The notes under the pieces: generated by a model
What the model was told of the DNA's origin: nothing
Seen by the model: only the letters and a program-made list of their open reading frames with translations
Database searches by the model: none
Position numbers and translations under genes: made by a program
Shown: positions 15,179 to 24,806 of the stretch, in pieces
Layout: every line of letters starts with the position of its first letter
Numbering within the stretch: the first letter of the stretch is position 1
Assembly (NCBI GenBank): GCA_046729795.1
Contig: JBKPHH010000010.1
Coordinates: 10,397 to 74,396 of the forward strand
Reading direction: 5' to 3'
Source: Actinomycetota bacterium
Lineage (GTDB): Bacteria > Actinomycetota > Thermoleophilia > Gaiellales > Gaiellaceae
DNA length: 64,000 nucleotides

Positions 15179-16989
15179 CAGGCGACCTCCTCAACCTGTG
15201 CGCGCGCCTCGACGGCGTCGGCGAACTGGCGTTCGAGGAGCCCGTGCTCGTAGATGTCGCGGTAGACCTGCGTCGTTTCGAGCAGGTCGTCGTGCGTGCC
15301 CCGCGCGCAGATTCGGCCGTCGTCGACGACAACGATCTCGTCCGCGAGCGAAATCGTCGAGAGCCGGTGCGCGATGATCAGCGTCGTCCGGCCCTTCATC
15401 GCCTGGCGGAGCCCGAGGCGGATGCGCGCCTCGGTGCTCGCGTCGACCGACGCGGTGGCGTCGTCGAGAATCAGGATCCTCGGGTCGACCGCGATTGCGC
15501 GCGCGATCGCGAGCCGCTGCCGCTGGCCGCCGGAAAGCGTGATCCCGCGCTCGCCGATGACTGTCTCGTACCTGTCGGGGAGGCGCTCGATGAACTCGTG
15601 CGCCTGCGCGAGGCGGGCGACGTACTCGACCTCCTCGTCGGTCAGATCCGGCGCGCCGAAGGTGATGTTCTCGCGCACCGTCGCGGAGAAGAGGAACGTG
15701 TCCTGCGAGATCACGCCGACCTGGCTCCGCAGCGAGCGCAGCGTCACGTCCCGCACGTCGGCGCCGTCGACGGTGACCCGTCCGGAGGTGACGTCGTAGA
15801 ACCGCGGCACGAGTGACGTGAGCGTCGTCTTGCCCGAGCCCGTGTGGCCGATCAGCGCGATCGTGCGGCCCGGCGGCACGTCGAGGTCGACGTGCTCGAG
15901 CACGGGCCGGCCGTCCATGTACTCGAATCCGACGTCCTCGAACCGGATGTGGCCCCCGCCAGGCGGCAGCTCGACCGCGCCGGGCTTGTCCGCAACCTCC
16001 TCGGGCTCGTCAATGACCTGGAAGATCCGCTCGCCGGACGCGGTCGCCCGCTGCGCCTGGCCGATCCACATGCCGAGCGAGCGCAGCGGCACCACGAGCA
16101 AGCCGAGGTAGAGGTTGAACGCGACGAAGCCGCCGACCGTCAGCTCGCCGCTCGTGACCATGCGCGCGCCGATCAGCAGGACGGCCGCCTGCGCGAGCAG
16201 CGGCACCCAGGAGATCAACGGGACGTAGAGCGCCCGCTGGCGGTTCGCGCGGATTGTCTGCGCAAAGAGCGACTCGGACCGGCCGCGGAACTTCTTCTGC
16301 TCCTGCGGCTCCTGCGCGAACGACTTGACGACGTGGACGCCGACGATGTTCTCCTCGGCGACGGTGGCGACGTCGGCCAGCTTCTGCTGCACGTCGCGGA
16401 GAGTGGGGTGGGCGACGCGGCTGTACCGGTACGCAAGCACGACGAGGAGCGGCGTGATCGCGAGCGCGATCAGGGCCAGCTTCCACTGGAAGACGAGCAG
16501 CACTGCGGTCACGAAGACGACCGTAAGGATGTTCTGGAAGAAGAAGATCAGGCCGTATCCGAGGAAGAAGCGAACACCCTGCAGGTCGACCGTCGCGCGA
16601 GACATCAGCTGCCCGGTCTGGTGCCGGTCGTAGAAACCGAACGAAAGCCGGACGAGGTGCGAGTAGAGGCCCTGCCGGAGATCCATCTCGACCGAGAGCG
16701 CCTGCCGGCCGGAGATCATCCTCCGCCCGTACATGAGCAGCGCGCGGACCGCACCGAGCACCAGGATCGCGGCGAGGAAGTACCAGAGCTTCTGCGAGTC
16801 GTGGGGCACCAGAGCGCTGTCGATCACGTGCTTCGTGACCCAGACGAGCGCGATCTGCGCGGCCTGGTAGCCGACGGCCAGCGCGATCGAAATCGCGAGC
16901 GAGACCTTGTACGGCCGCAGGAACCCGAGCAACCGGGCGAAGGTCTTTCGATACAGCGGTGTCTCGGGCATCCGATGGAATCTAGCCAT
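15178..16989 (-). CDS. ABC exporter, fused permease/ATPase, subunit 1
   Basis: Walker A GHTGSGKTT, signature LSGGQRQ, Walker B ILILDDATASVD. Its stop overlaps the start of the next ABC gene (TGATG), which suggests a heterodimeric pair. Confidence 0.9.
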   Translation of the reverse strand: MARFHRMPETPLYRKTFARLLGFLRPYKVSLAISIALAVGYQAAQIALVWVTKHVIDSALVPHDSQKLWYFLAAILVLGAVRALLMYGRRMISGRQALSVEMDLRQGLYSHLVRLSFGFYDRHQTGQLMSRATVDLQGVRFFLGYGLIFFFQNILTVVFVTAVLLVFQWKLALIALAITPLLVVLAYRYSRVAHPTLRDVQQKLADVATVAEENIVGVHVVKSFAQEPQEQKKFRGRSESLFAQTIRANRQRALYVPLISWVPLLAQAAVLLIGARMVTSGELTVGGFVAFNLYLGLLVVPLRSLGMWIGQAQRATASGERIFQVIDEPEEVADKPGAVELPPGGGHIRFEDVGFEYMDGRPVLEHVDLDVPPGRTIALIGHTGSGKTTLTSLVPRFYDVTSGRVTVDGADVRDVTLRSLRSQVGVISQDTFLFSATVRENITFGAPDLTDEEVEYVARLAQAHEFIERLPDRYETVIGERGITLSGGQRQRLAIARAIAVDPRILILDDATASVDASTEARIRLGLRQAMKGRTTLIIAHRLSTISLADEIVVVDDGRICARGTHDDLLETTQVYRDIYEHGLLERQFADAVEARAQVEEVA

Positions 16990-17725
16990 CGGACGCGGCG
17001 TCGCCGAGCCGGGCGAGCTCCTCCCGGATCAGGCCCGCCGCGTGTGAGACGAGCCCGCGGTTTGCAGGGGAATTGAGCCAACCGCTGGCGCCCGAAGGGT
17101 GGGGGAGCGGGATCGCGACGGCCCCGTCGTGCTCGAAACGCTTCCCGACGCACTCGGTCACGCTCTTCAGGCCCAACAGGCGACGGGCGGCGAGGCCGCC
17201 GACGGGCACGATCAGCTTGGGTCGGATCAACCGGAGCTCCCATTCCCGCCAGAACGAGCAGAGCTCCTGCTCGCGCGGCGTGGGCGTGCGGTCGCCTCGT
17301 CCCGACGGCGCCTTGCCCGGATAGCAGCGGGTGACGGAAGCGCAGTAGAAGGTCGCGTAGAACTCGTCCTCGTCGAGCTCGAGCCAGCTGCGCAGGGTGC
17401 GGCCCGCGCGCCCACGCCAGGGCCGGCGCTCCTGGCCCTCGACGACGCCCGGGGCCTGCCCGAACAGGTACGCGCGCTGGCCCTCATACGGCTGGCTGAC
17501 CGGCAGCGAGGCGAGCGGGTAGCCGGCCTCCACGCAGGCGCGGCACACCCGGTTGTCGCGCTGGAGCGAGGCGATCGAGCGATACGAGGAGCGGCGCCGC
17601 GTCAATCGGTCCAGGAGGGTTTGGCGGAACCCGCCTCGTCGCCGGGGCGCGATGGGCGGTGCGAGGCAAGGACGCAGGAAGCGTCCGTATCGAATGAGAT
17701 ACGGGCGCGACCGAGGACGCAGCAT
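16982..17725 (-). CDS. uracil-DNA glycosylase superfamily protein (family 4/5-like)
   Basis: GQAPG motif (YLFGQAPGVVE), C-terminal HPSG motif (PLPHPSGASGW) and an N-terminal CRAC cysteine pair. The start is uncertain; the first ~40 codons have lower GC3. Confidence 0.72.
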   Translation of the reverse strand: MLRPRSRPYLIRYGRFLRPCLAPPIAPRRRGGFRQTLLDRLTRRRSSYRSIASLQRDNRVCRACVEAGYPLASLPVSQPYEGQRAYLFGQAPGVVEGQERRPWRGRAGRTLRSWLELDEDEFYATFYCASVTRCYPGKAPSGRGDRTPTPREQELCSFWREWELRLIRPKLIVPVGGLAARRLLGLKSVTECVGKRFEHDGAVAIPLPHPSGASGWLNSPANRGLVSHAAGLIREELARLGDAASDG

Positions 17726-17779
17726 TCGCGCCGTTCAGCGCGCGCCGGCGGCACAGTGCTGTGTTTCGCCAAGCCCTCC

Positions 17780-17785
17780 TAGAGT
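17780..17785 (+). promoter_or_regulatory. -10-like TAGAGT, 7 nt upstream of the ftcD ATG (head of the hut operon)
   Basis: cctTAGAGTacgcgcgATG, with no SD. Confidence 0.4.
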
Positions 17786-17792
17786 ACGCGCG

Positions 17793-18692
17793 ATGCCGCT
17801 TCCCCTCGAGACCGTTCCGAACTTTTCCGAGGGGCGCGACCGCGCGACGATCGAGGCGCTCGCGGAGGCGCTCTCGGCGCGGGCGGAGCTGCTCGACGTC
17901 CACGCCGACGAGGATCACAACCGCTCCGTCTTCACCGTCGTCGGTGAGGAGTGCGAGCTTGTCGAGGCGTTGGTCGCCGCAGTTGGTGTCGCGCGTGACC
18001 GAATAGACCTGCGGCGGCACGAGGGCGCGCATCCACGCATCGGGGCGGCCGACCTCATCCCGATCGTCCCGATCGACCCGGGCGACATGGAGCGCGCGCA
18101 GGAGACGGCCCGCCGCGTGGCGGAGCGGATCGGCAGCGAGCTCGAGCTCCCGGTCTTCCTCTACGGCGAACTGGGAGCCGGCCGCGGCCCTGCTTTCTTT
18201 CGTCGCGGCGGCCCCGACGAGCTCCAGCGCCGGGTCGACGCGGGCGAGCTCGCGCCCGAGTTCGGGCCACAGCGTCTCGACGCGTCGGCCGGCGGAGTCC
18301 TCGTCGGCGCCAGGCGGCCGCTGATCGCCTTCAACGTGAATCTTCGCGGTGAGCTCGAGCACGCGAGGAAGATTGCCGCGAAGGTGCGCGAGAGCGACGG
18401 CGGCTTTCCGGGTGTCCGCGCCTTCGGGCTCGAGCTGCCGACCGCCGGCCTGGTGCAGGTGAGCATGAACGTCGAGGACTGGGAGGCTGCAGCGCTCCAC
18501 GAGATCCTGGCGCGGATCGAGTCCGAGGCGGAGGAACGTGGCGCCGAGGTCGTCGGCTCCGAGCTCGTCGGCCTGATGCCGGCGGGAGCCGCGGCCGTCG
18601 CGGCGGGGGCGATACTCCGGATCGACGGCTTCGAAGCTTCTCGGGTGCTCGAGTTGCGGCTCCTGGGGCGAGGACTACACTCGACGCCGTGA
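17793..18692 (+). CDS. ftcD: glutamate formimidoyltransferase (formiminotransferase domain only)
   Basis: In ORF 17553..18692 from ATG 17793. MPLPLETVPNFSEGRD is the hallmark N-terminus of the FTCD formiminotransferase domain. Its stop overlaps the hutH start. Confidence 0.8.
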   Translation: MPLPLETVPNFSEGRDRATIEALAEALSARAELLDVHADEDHNRSVFTVVGEECELVEALVAAVGVARDRIDLRRHEGAHPRIGAADLIPIVPIDPGDMERAQETARRVAERIGSELELPVFLYGELGAGRGPAFFRRGGPDELQRRVDAGELAPEFGPQRLDASAGGVLVGARRPLIAFNVNLRGELEHARKIAAKVRESDGGFPGVRAFGLELPTAGLVQVSMNVEDWEAAALHEILARIESEAEERGAEVVGSELVGLMPAGAAAVAAGAILRIDGFEASRVLELRLLGRGLHSTP

Positions 18693-20227
18693 TCGAGACG
18701 CTCGCCCTCACCGGCGAGGATTTGACCGTCGAGGACGTCTGGGCTGCGGCGGTCGAGGGGGCGCCTGCGGCGCTCGCAGACGCTGCGCGGGAGCGCATGC
18801 TCGCCGCGCGCGAGGTGGTGGAGCAGGCGGCGCACGGCGCGCGCGAGCACACCTACGGCGTCAACACCGGCTTCGGCCGCTTCGTCTCGAAGTCGATTCC
18901 CGAGGAGCTGACCGAGGAGCTGCAGCTGCGCCTGCTGCGGAGCCACGCCTGCGGCGTGGGCGAGCCGTACCCGGACGAGATCGTGCGCGCCGCGATGCTG
19001 CTGCGGGCGAACGCGCTCGCGAAGGGCTATTCCGGCGCGCGCCCCGCCACCGTCGAGCTGCTCGTCGACTGCCTGAACCGGGGAGTTCTCCCGGTCGTTC
19101 CGAGCCGCGGCTCGGTCGGCGCCAGCGGCGATCTCGCACCACTCGCTCATCTCGCGCTGCCGCTCGTCGGGGAGGGCGAGGCGAAGGTCGACGGCCACAG
19201 GCTCGCGGGCGGTGAAGCGCTCTCGGCCGCAGGGCTAGAGCCGGTGCGTCTCCAGGCGAAGGAAGGCCTGTCGCTCGTGAACGGCACGCAGTTCATGGCC
19301 GCGTTCGGCGCGCTCGGCCTCGTTCGGGCGACACGACTCGCTAAGGCCGCCGACATCGCGTGCGCGCTCTCGCTGGAGGCGCTCCAGGGATCGAGGGCGA
19401 GCTTCAAGCCGGCGGTGCACGAGGCGCGGCCGCTGCGGGGCCAGCTCGATTCGGCCGCCAACATCCTCGCCCTGCTGGAAGACTCGGCGATCGTCGAGTC
19501 CCATCGCTGGTGCGACAAGGTGCAGGACGCGTACTCGCTCCGCTGTGCTCCGCAGGTGCACGGCGCGTCGCGCGACCTGCTCGGCTACGTGCGCGCGACG
19601 ATCTCGGTCGAGCTCAACGCCGCAACCGACAATCCGCTCGTTCTCGTGGACGACGGCGAGCTTGTTTCGAACGGCAACTTCCACGGCCAGCCGCTCGCCT
19701 TTGGGCTCGACGCGCTCGCGATGGCGACGGCCGAGCTCGCCAACATCTCGGAGCGCCGGCTGGAACGGCTCGTCAACCCGAGCCTCTCGGACGGCCTGCC
19801 CGCGTTCCTCACGAGCGACGGCGGGCTGAACTCCGGCTTCATGATCCCGCAGTACGTCGCCGCGTCACTCGTGAGCGAGAACAAGTCGCTCTGCCATCCG
19901 GCGAGCGTCGACTCGATCCCGACCAGCGCGGGGCAGGAGGACCACGTGTCGATGGGGAACGCGGCCGGCCTGAAGGCCTGGCAGGTGCTCGGAAACGCCG
20001 AGCGCGCGCTCGCGATCGAGCTACTCGGAGGCGCGCAGGCGGTCGAGTTCCTCGCGCCGCTGCAGCCCGGAGTCGGCGGCCGTGCGGCGCATGCGTTCGT
20101 GCGAGGCATCTCACCGCGACTCGCCGACGACCGGCCGCTCGCGCCGGACATCGAGGCGGTGGCCGCGGCCGTGCGCGACGGCTCGTTCGTTGCCGCGGTC
20201 GAGGTGGAGGTCGGTGAGCTGCGCTGA
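18689..20227 (+). CDS. hutH: histidine ammonia-lyase
   Basis: GVNTGFGRF and SVGASGDLAPLAHLAL (Ala-Ser-Gly MIO-forming triad). 512 aa. Confidence 0.95.
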   Translation: MIETLALTGEDLTVEDVWAAAVEGAPAALADAARERMLAAREVVEQAAHGAREHTYGVNTGFGRFVSKSIPEELTEELQLRLLRSHACGVGEPYPDEIVRAAMLLRANALAKGYSGARPATVELLVDCLNRGVLPVVPSRGSVGASGDLAPLAHLALPLVGEGEAKVDGHRLAGGEALSAAGLEPVRLQAKEGLSLVNGTQFMAAFGALGLVRATRLAKAADIACALSLEALQGSRASFKPAVHEARPLRGQLDSAANILALLEDSAIVESHRWCDKVQDAYSLRCAPQVHGASRDLLGYVRATISVELNAATDNPLVLVDDGELVSNGNFHGQPLAFGLDALAMATAELANISERRLERLVNPSLSDGLPAFLTSDGGLNSGFMIPQYVAASLVSENKSLCHPASVDSIPTSAGQEDHVSMGNAAGLKAWQVLGNAERALAIELLGGAQAVEFLAPLQPGVGGRAAHAFVRGISPRLADDRPLAPDIEAVAAAVRDGSFVAAVEVEVGELR

Positions 20228-20430
20228 GGCAGCGTCGGATTCCCAAGCATCCCTATCGCGACAGTGCGCTCTTCTACGCCGCGCTGGCGGTCGTGATCGT
20301 CGTCGTCGCGGTCCTGACGGGCGGTGACGTGCTTCAGGCCGTGCTCGTCGCGCTGGCAGCCTTCGTCATCGCCACGGGCTGGGCCTGGTGGAAGTTCCGT
20401 GCGCGGCTCGAGCAGGGCGGCCGCAAGTGA
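20224..20430 (+). CDS. candidate two-TM small membrane protein between hutH and hutU (non-canonical start required)
   Basis: Open frame 20218..20430 with very high GC3. Encodes ...[60 protein letters not shown]. Its TGA overlaps the GTG 20427 start of hutU. The only starts upstream of TM1 are CTG 20224 and ATT 20239. Confidence 0.35.
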   Translation: MRQRRIPKHPYRDSALFYAALAVVIVVVAVLTGGDVLQAVLVALAAFVIATGWAWWKFRARLEQGGRK

Positions 20431-22139
20431 CGGCGGTGCAGACCGCCGACGCGGCGGTCGAGGCGCTGTGCGGCGACCTCGGCTCGATTCGAGCTCCGCG
20501 CGGAACCGAGCTGAACGCCCGCTCGTGGTCGACGGAGGCGCCGCTTCGCATGCTCCTCAACAACCTCGACCGTGAGGTGGCCGAGCGGCCCGAGGAGCTG
20601 GTCGTGTACGGCGGGTCCGGCAAGGCGGCCAGGAATCACGAGGCGCTCAAGGCGATCGTCCGCTCGCTGCTTGCGCTCGGTGACGAAGAGACCCTGCTCG
20701 TGCAGAGCGGAAAACCGGTCGGCGTCTTCCGCACCCACACCGGCGCGCCGCGAGTACTGATCGCAAATTCCCTGCTCGTGCCGCGTTGGGCGACCTGGGA
20801 CGAGTTCCGCCGCCTCGAGGCGCTCGGACTGACGATGTTCGGGCAGATGACGGCTGGCAGCTGGATCTACATCGGCTCACAGGGGATCCTCCAGGGCACG
20901 TACCAGACCTTCGCGGCGGCGGGCGAGAAGCACTTTGGCTCGGCCGACCTCTCCGGAAGGACGATCCTGACCGCCGGGCTCGGCGGGATGGGCGGGGCGC
21001 AACCGCTGGCGGCGACGCTGACGGGCGCGGCGATCCTCTGCGTCGAGGTCGATCCCTCGCGCGTCGAGCGCCGGCTCGAGACGCGCTACCTCGACGAGGC
21101 GACCGGGTCGCTCGACGATGCGTTGGCGCGCCTGCGCGCTGCCGCGGACGAGGGCCGGCCGCTGTCGGTTGGGTTGATCGGGAACGCGGCCGAGGTCGTG
21201 CCCGAGCTGGCGAGGCGCGGCGAGCACTTCGACTTCGTCACCGACCAGACCGCGGCGCACGATCCGCTGAACGGCTACGTCCCCGCCGGGCTCGACGTCG
21301 GCGAGGCGGCCGCTCTGCGCGCGTCGGATCCGGACGAGTACCTCCGCCGTGCGCGGGAGTCGATCGCGCGGCACGTCGAGGGCATGCTCGAGTACGTCCG
21401 GCGCGGCAGTTATGTTTTCGATTATGGCAACAACCTGAGGGGTGAGGCCGAAGAGGCAGGAGTCGAAGACGCATTCACATACCCGGGCTTCGTCCCGGCC
21501 TATATCCGGCCGCTCTTCTGCCGCGGCGTCGGGCCGTTCCGGTGGGCAGCGCTGTCGGGCCAGCCGAGCGACATCGCCGCGATCGACGAGACGCTGCGCG
21601 GCCTGTTCCCGGACGACCTCCTGCTTCAGCGCTGGCTCGAGGTCGCCCCGCGACGGGTCGCCTTCCAGGGCCTCCCGGCGCGGATCTGCTGGCTCGGCTA
21701 CGGAGACCGCGCCCGGGCCGGGCTCGCGATCAACGAGCTCGTCCGGTCGGGCGGCGTGAAGGCGCCCGTCGTGATCGGCCGCGACCACCTCGACTCCGGT
21801 TCGGTTGCCTCCCCGTACCGCGAGACCGAGGCCATGCGAGACGGCTCCGACGCGATCGCCGACTGGCCGGTGCTGAACGCTCTGCTCAACGTGGCCGCGG
21901 GAGCGACGTGGGTCAGCGTCCACCACGGCGGCGGCGTCGGCATCGGCAACTCGATCCATGCGGGCATGGTCGTCCTCGCCGACGGGACCGACCAGATGGC
22001 GGAGCGGCTCGAGCGCGTGCTGACGACCGACCCCGGCATCGGCGTCATGCGTCATCTCGACGCGGGCTACCCCGAGGCCGCCGAGGTCGCCGAGCGGCAC
22101 GGTCTCGAGCAGCCGCTCCGTCCCACCGAAGGCGAGTGA
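20427..22139 (+). CDS. hutU: urocanate hydratase
   Basis: [55 protein letters not shown] 20427 is preferred over ATG 20388 because it gives the usual N-terminal length and a GTGA overlap. Confidence 0.93.
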   Translation: MTAVQTADAAVEALCGDLGSIRAPRGTELNARSWSTEAPLRMLLNNLDREVAERPEELVVYGGSGKAARNHEALKAIVRSLLALGDEETLLVQSGKPVGVFRTHTGAPRVLIANSLLVPRWATWDEFRRLEALGLTMFGQMTAGSWIYIGSQGILQGTYQTFAAAGEKHFGSADLSGRTILTAGLGGMGGAQPLAATLTGAAILCVEVDPSRVERRLETRYLDEATGSLDDALARLRAAADEGRPLSVGLIGNAAEVVPELARRGEHFDFVTDQTAAHDPLNGYVPAGLDVGEAAALRASDPDEYLRRARESIARHVEGMLEYVRRGSYVFDYGNNLRGEAEEAGVEDAFTYPGFVPAYIRPLFCRGVGPFRWAALSGQPSDIAAIDETLRGLFPDDLLLQRWLEVAPRRVAFQGLPARICWLGYGDRARAGLAINELVRSGGVKAPVVIGRDHLDSGSVASPYRETEAMRDGSDAIADWPVLNALLNVAAGATWVSVHHGGGVGIGNSIHAGMVVLADGTDQMAERLERVLTTDPGIGVMRHLDAGYPEAAEVAERHGLEQPLRPTEGE

Positions 22140-23368
22140 CGCCGTCGACTGACGGACGGGCGCTGCTCGTCCGTGACCTCGCGCAGGTCGTCTCGCCGGC
22201 GGGGCGCGATGCGCCGCTTCGCGGTCGAGCGCTCGGCGAGGTCGACGTCGTCGAGAACGGCTTCGTCCTCTGCCGAGACGGGCGCGTGGAGGCGGTCGGC
22301 GAGATGCGAGACCTCCCGTCGCTCGAGAACGGGGACGTCGAGGAGATCGACGGCGCCGGCCGCTGTGCGATTCCAGGGCTCGTCGACTGCCACACGCATG
22401 CGTGCTTCGCCGGCGATCGCGTCGAGGAGTTCGCGCTGCGCGCAGCCGGCGCGAGCTACGAGGAGCTCCATGCGGCGGGCGGCGGGATCCTCGCCACCGT
22501 ACGAGCCACCCGCGCTGCGGGGGAGGAAGGCCTGCGCGAGCGGGTTCTCGAGCACCGCTTGTGGATGCTGCGGTCGGGGACGACCACGTTCGAGGGGAAG
22601 TCGGGCTATGGGCTCGATCGAGAGACCGAGCTCGCCTCACTGCGCGTGGTCCGCGACGCGGGCGGCGTCCCGACCTGGCTGGGTGCGCACGCGGTGCCGC
22701 CGGAGTTCGACGATGCCGACGCCTACCTCGATTTCGCGCTCGCGGACGTGCTGCCGGAGGCGGCGAAGATCGCCGAGGCCGCGGATGTCTTCGTTGAGCG
22801 CGGAGCCTTCGACGTCGAGCAGGCGCGGCGCTACCTGGTCGCCTGCCGCGATGCCGGCCTGGCGCTTCGGCTCCACGGGGATCAGTTCACAGAGCAGGGG
22901 GCGGTCGAGCTCGCCGTCGAGCTGGGCGCGCGATCCATCGATCACCTCGAAGCAACCGGGGAACGGGGTGTCGCGGCGCTCGCGGCGAGCGACGTCGTCG
23001 GCGTCTGCCTCCCGGTGGCTGCGCTCATCCTCGACCAGTCCATGCCCCCGGCGCGCTCGCTCGTCGACGCCGGCGCCGCCGTCGCCCTTGCGACCGACTT
23101 CAACCCCGGGAGCGCGTTCTGCGACAGCCTGCCGATCGTCTGCTCGCTCGCGGCCACGCAGCTGAAGTTCTCGCCCGGCGAGGCGCTCGCCGCCTGCACG
23201 GTCAACGCGGCTCACGTTCTCGGCCGTGCCGCTCAGAAAGGCCGTATCGCTCCGGGCTACGACGCGGACCTCGTTCTGCTCGACGCCCCCGACTGGCGCT
23301 ATCTCGCGTACCACTTGGGCGGCGAGGTCGTGTCGGAGGTGGTTCTCGCGGGCGCATCCGGGGACTAG
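22136..23368 (+). CDS. hutI: imidazolonepropionase
   Basis: In ORF 21542..23368 from GTG 22136 (GTGA overlap with the hutU stop). [22 protein letters not shown] motifs. Confidence 0.9.
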   Translation: MTPSTDGRALLVRDLAQVVSPAGRDAPLRGRALGEVDVVENGFVLCRDGRVEAVGEMRDLPSLENGDVEEIDGAGRCAIPGLVDCHTHACFAGDRVEEFALRAAGASYEELHAAGGGILATVRATRAAGEEGLRERVLEHRLWMLRSGTTTFEGKSGYGLDRETELASLRVVRDAGGVPTWLGAHAVPPEFDDADAYLDFALADVLPEAAKIAEAADVFVERGAFDVEQARRYLVACRDAGLALRLHGDQFTEQGAVELAVELGARSIDHLEATGERGVAALAASDVVGVCLPVAALILDQSMPPARSLVDAGAAVALATDFNPGSAFCDSLPIVCSLAATQLKFSPGEALAACTVNAAHVLGRAAQKGRIAPGYDADLVLLDAPDWRYLAYHLGGEVVSEVVLAGASGD

Positions 23369-23379
23369 GCTTTCCTCAC

Positions 23380-23787
23380 ATGCCTTCGCGGAAGCAGCGA
23401 CGCCGGCGCCAGAAAGAACGCCGCCACGAGTACGAATACGTCTACGTCGACGAAGAGGGCCGCGAGGTCGAGGTCGACGAGGCCGACCTTCCGGCCGAGA
23501 AGCCGAAAACGAAGCAAAACGGCGCTCGGCGCACCGAGTCCCGAGCCACCCGGGCCGTCCAGCCGCCCTCCTGGAGACGGGTGATCAAGCGAGCGGCGAT
23601 CTTCTTCCCGCTGTTCTTCATCGCGTTCTCGTTCGTCAGCTCGAGTCAGCCCGTCGCGGCGCGGCTCGCGATCGCGCTGCTCTACTCGATCCTGTTCATG
23701 CCGTTCATGTACCTGATGGACCGGACCATGTACCGGTCCTATCTCAGGCGAACCGGGAAGCTCCCGGGCAAGCGCGAACGGGTCTAG
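23380..23787 (+). CDS. hypothetical membrane protein (basic/acidic N-terminus, two TM helices)
   Basis: 135-aa ORF. MPSRKQRRRRQKERRHEYEYVYVDEEG... followed by AAIFFPLFFIAFSFV and IALLYSILFMPFMYL. TAGGCT hexamer 8 nt upstream of the ATG. Confidence 0.6.
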   Translation: MPSRKQRRRRQKERRHEYEYVYVDEEGREVEVDEADLPAEKPKTKQNGARRTESRATRAVQPPSWRRVIKRAAIFFPLFFIAFSFVSSSQPVAARLAIALLYSILFMPFMYLMDRTMYRSYLRRTGKLPGKRERV

Positions 23788-24113
23788 CCACCGCGATAGT
23801 GGCCTTCGCCGGGCCAGGGCGCGAGGAGCAGGAGCACGCGCGCGCCGTCGGCGGACGAGACCGAGCGGCGCTCGTCCGGCTCGAAGGCAAGCAGCGTCCC
23901 CGCCGGGGCCTCCACCTTCTCGCTGCCGGACTGCACCTGGACGGCCCCGTCGACGACGAGCACGTACGCGTGCTCCTTGACCTGGTGGTCGCCGAGCTGC
24001 TGGCCCGGCTCGAGCCCGATCAGCACTGCCCGCGCGGCTTCGTCGGAGTCGAGCACGACCGGCGAGCGGCTCCCTCCGGCCGTCTCGATCTCCCGCAGAT
24101 TCCAGCTTCGCAC
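23784..24113 (-). CDS. cupin domain protein
   Basis: 109 aa. GLEPGQQLGDHQVKEHAYVLVVDGAVQV...AGTLLAFEP is a cupin-type two-motif pattern. GTG start with TAGGAT 9 nt upstream. Confidence 0.65.
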   Translation of the reverse strand: MRSWNLREIETAGGSRSPVVLDSDEAARAVLIGLEPGQQLGDHQVKEHAYVLVVDGAVQVQSGSEKVEAPAGTLLAFEPDERRSVSSADGARVLLLLAPWPGEGHYRGG

Positions 24114-24122
24114 CGGCCGCCG

Positions 24123-24128
24123 ATCCTA
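24123..24128 (-). promoter_or_regulatory. -10-like TAGGAT, 9 nt upstream of the cupin GTG
   Basis: Reverse complement of atccta. Divergent partner of the element at 24153. Confidence 0.4.
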
Positions 24129-24152
24129 TCCGAGCGTTTGTCGCCTCGACAG

Positions 24153-24158
24153 TAGACT
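24153..24158 (+). promoter_or_regulatory. -10-like TAGACT, 9 nt upstream of the MBL-hydrolase GTG
   Basis: agTAGACTcaagcgcctGTG. Confidence 0.4.
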
Positions 24159-24167
24159 CAAGCGCCT

Positions 24168-24806
24168 GTGAGCCTCGCCGTCGACCGTCTCGAGCTCGGC
24201 CCGGTCGGGACGAACTGCTACGTCGTCCGGGCTTCAAGCTCGACGCCCGAGGCGGTCGTCATCGACCCGGGCGGAAACGCCGACGAGCTCCTGGCCACGC
24301 TGGCCAATGGGGGCGCCCGCTGCGTGGGGATCCTCATCACGCATGGGCACTGGGACCATCTCGGCGGCGTCGCGGATCTCGCCGAGGGAACGGGCGCACC
24401 CGTCTACATGGCAGAGGATGAGCGGATGCTGCTGGAGCAGATCGGCGACTTCTCGCCGGCCGAGCTTGCCTTGCGTCCCTACACGCCGGACGTCCTGCTG
24501 GAGGGCGACGAAACGCTCGAGCTTGCCGGGATCCCGTTCGAGACCCTCCGGATCCCTGGCCACTCTCCCGCCCATCTCGCGTACTTCGCCGACGGCTGCC
24601 TGTTCTCGGGCGACCTCCTCTTCGCCGGCTCCGTCGGGAGGGCTGACCTCCCCGGCGCGGACTGGGAGACGATGGTCGCGTCGATCCGGTCGCTGTTCGA
24701 CCGCTTCCCACCCGACACGGTCGTCTACTCGGGCCACGGCCCGGAGACGACCCTGGGCGCCGAGCTGGCGCGCAATCCGTTCCTGACCGAGCTCCGCGCG
24801 TCGTGA
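24168..24806 (+). CDS. MBL-fold metallo-hydrolase (glyoxalase II-like)
   Basis: ITHGHWDHLGG (HxHxDH) and a later GHSPAH. Confidence 0.85.
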   Translation: MSLAVDRLELGPVGTNCYVVRASSSTPEAVVIDPGGNADELLATLANGGARCVGILITHGHWDHLGGVADLAEGTGAPVYMAEDERMLLEQIGDFSPAELALRPYTPDVLLEGDETLELAGIPFETLRIPGHSPAHLAYFADGCLFSGDLLFAGSVGRADLPGADWETMVASIRSLFDRFPPDTVVYSGHGPETTLGAELARNPFLTELRAS

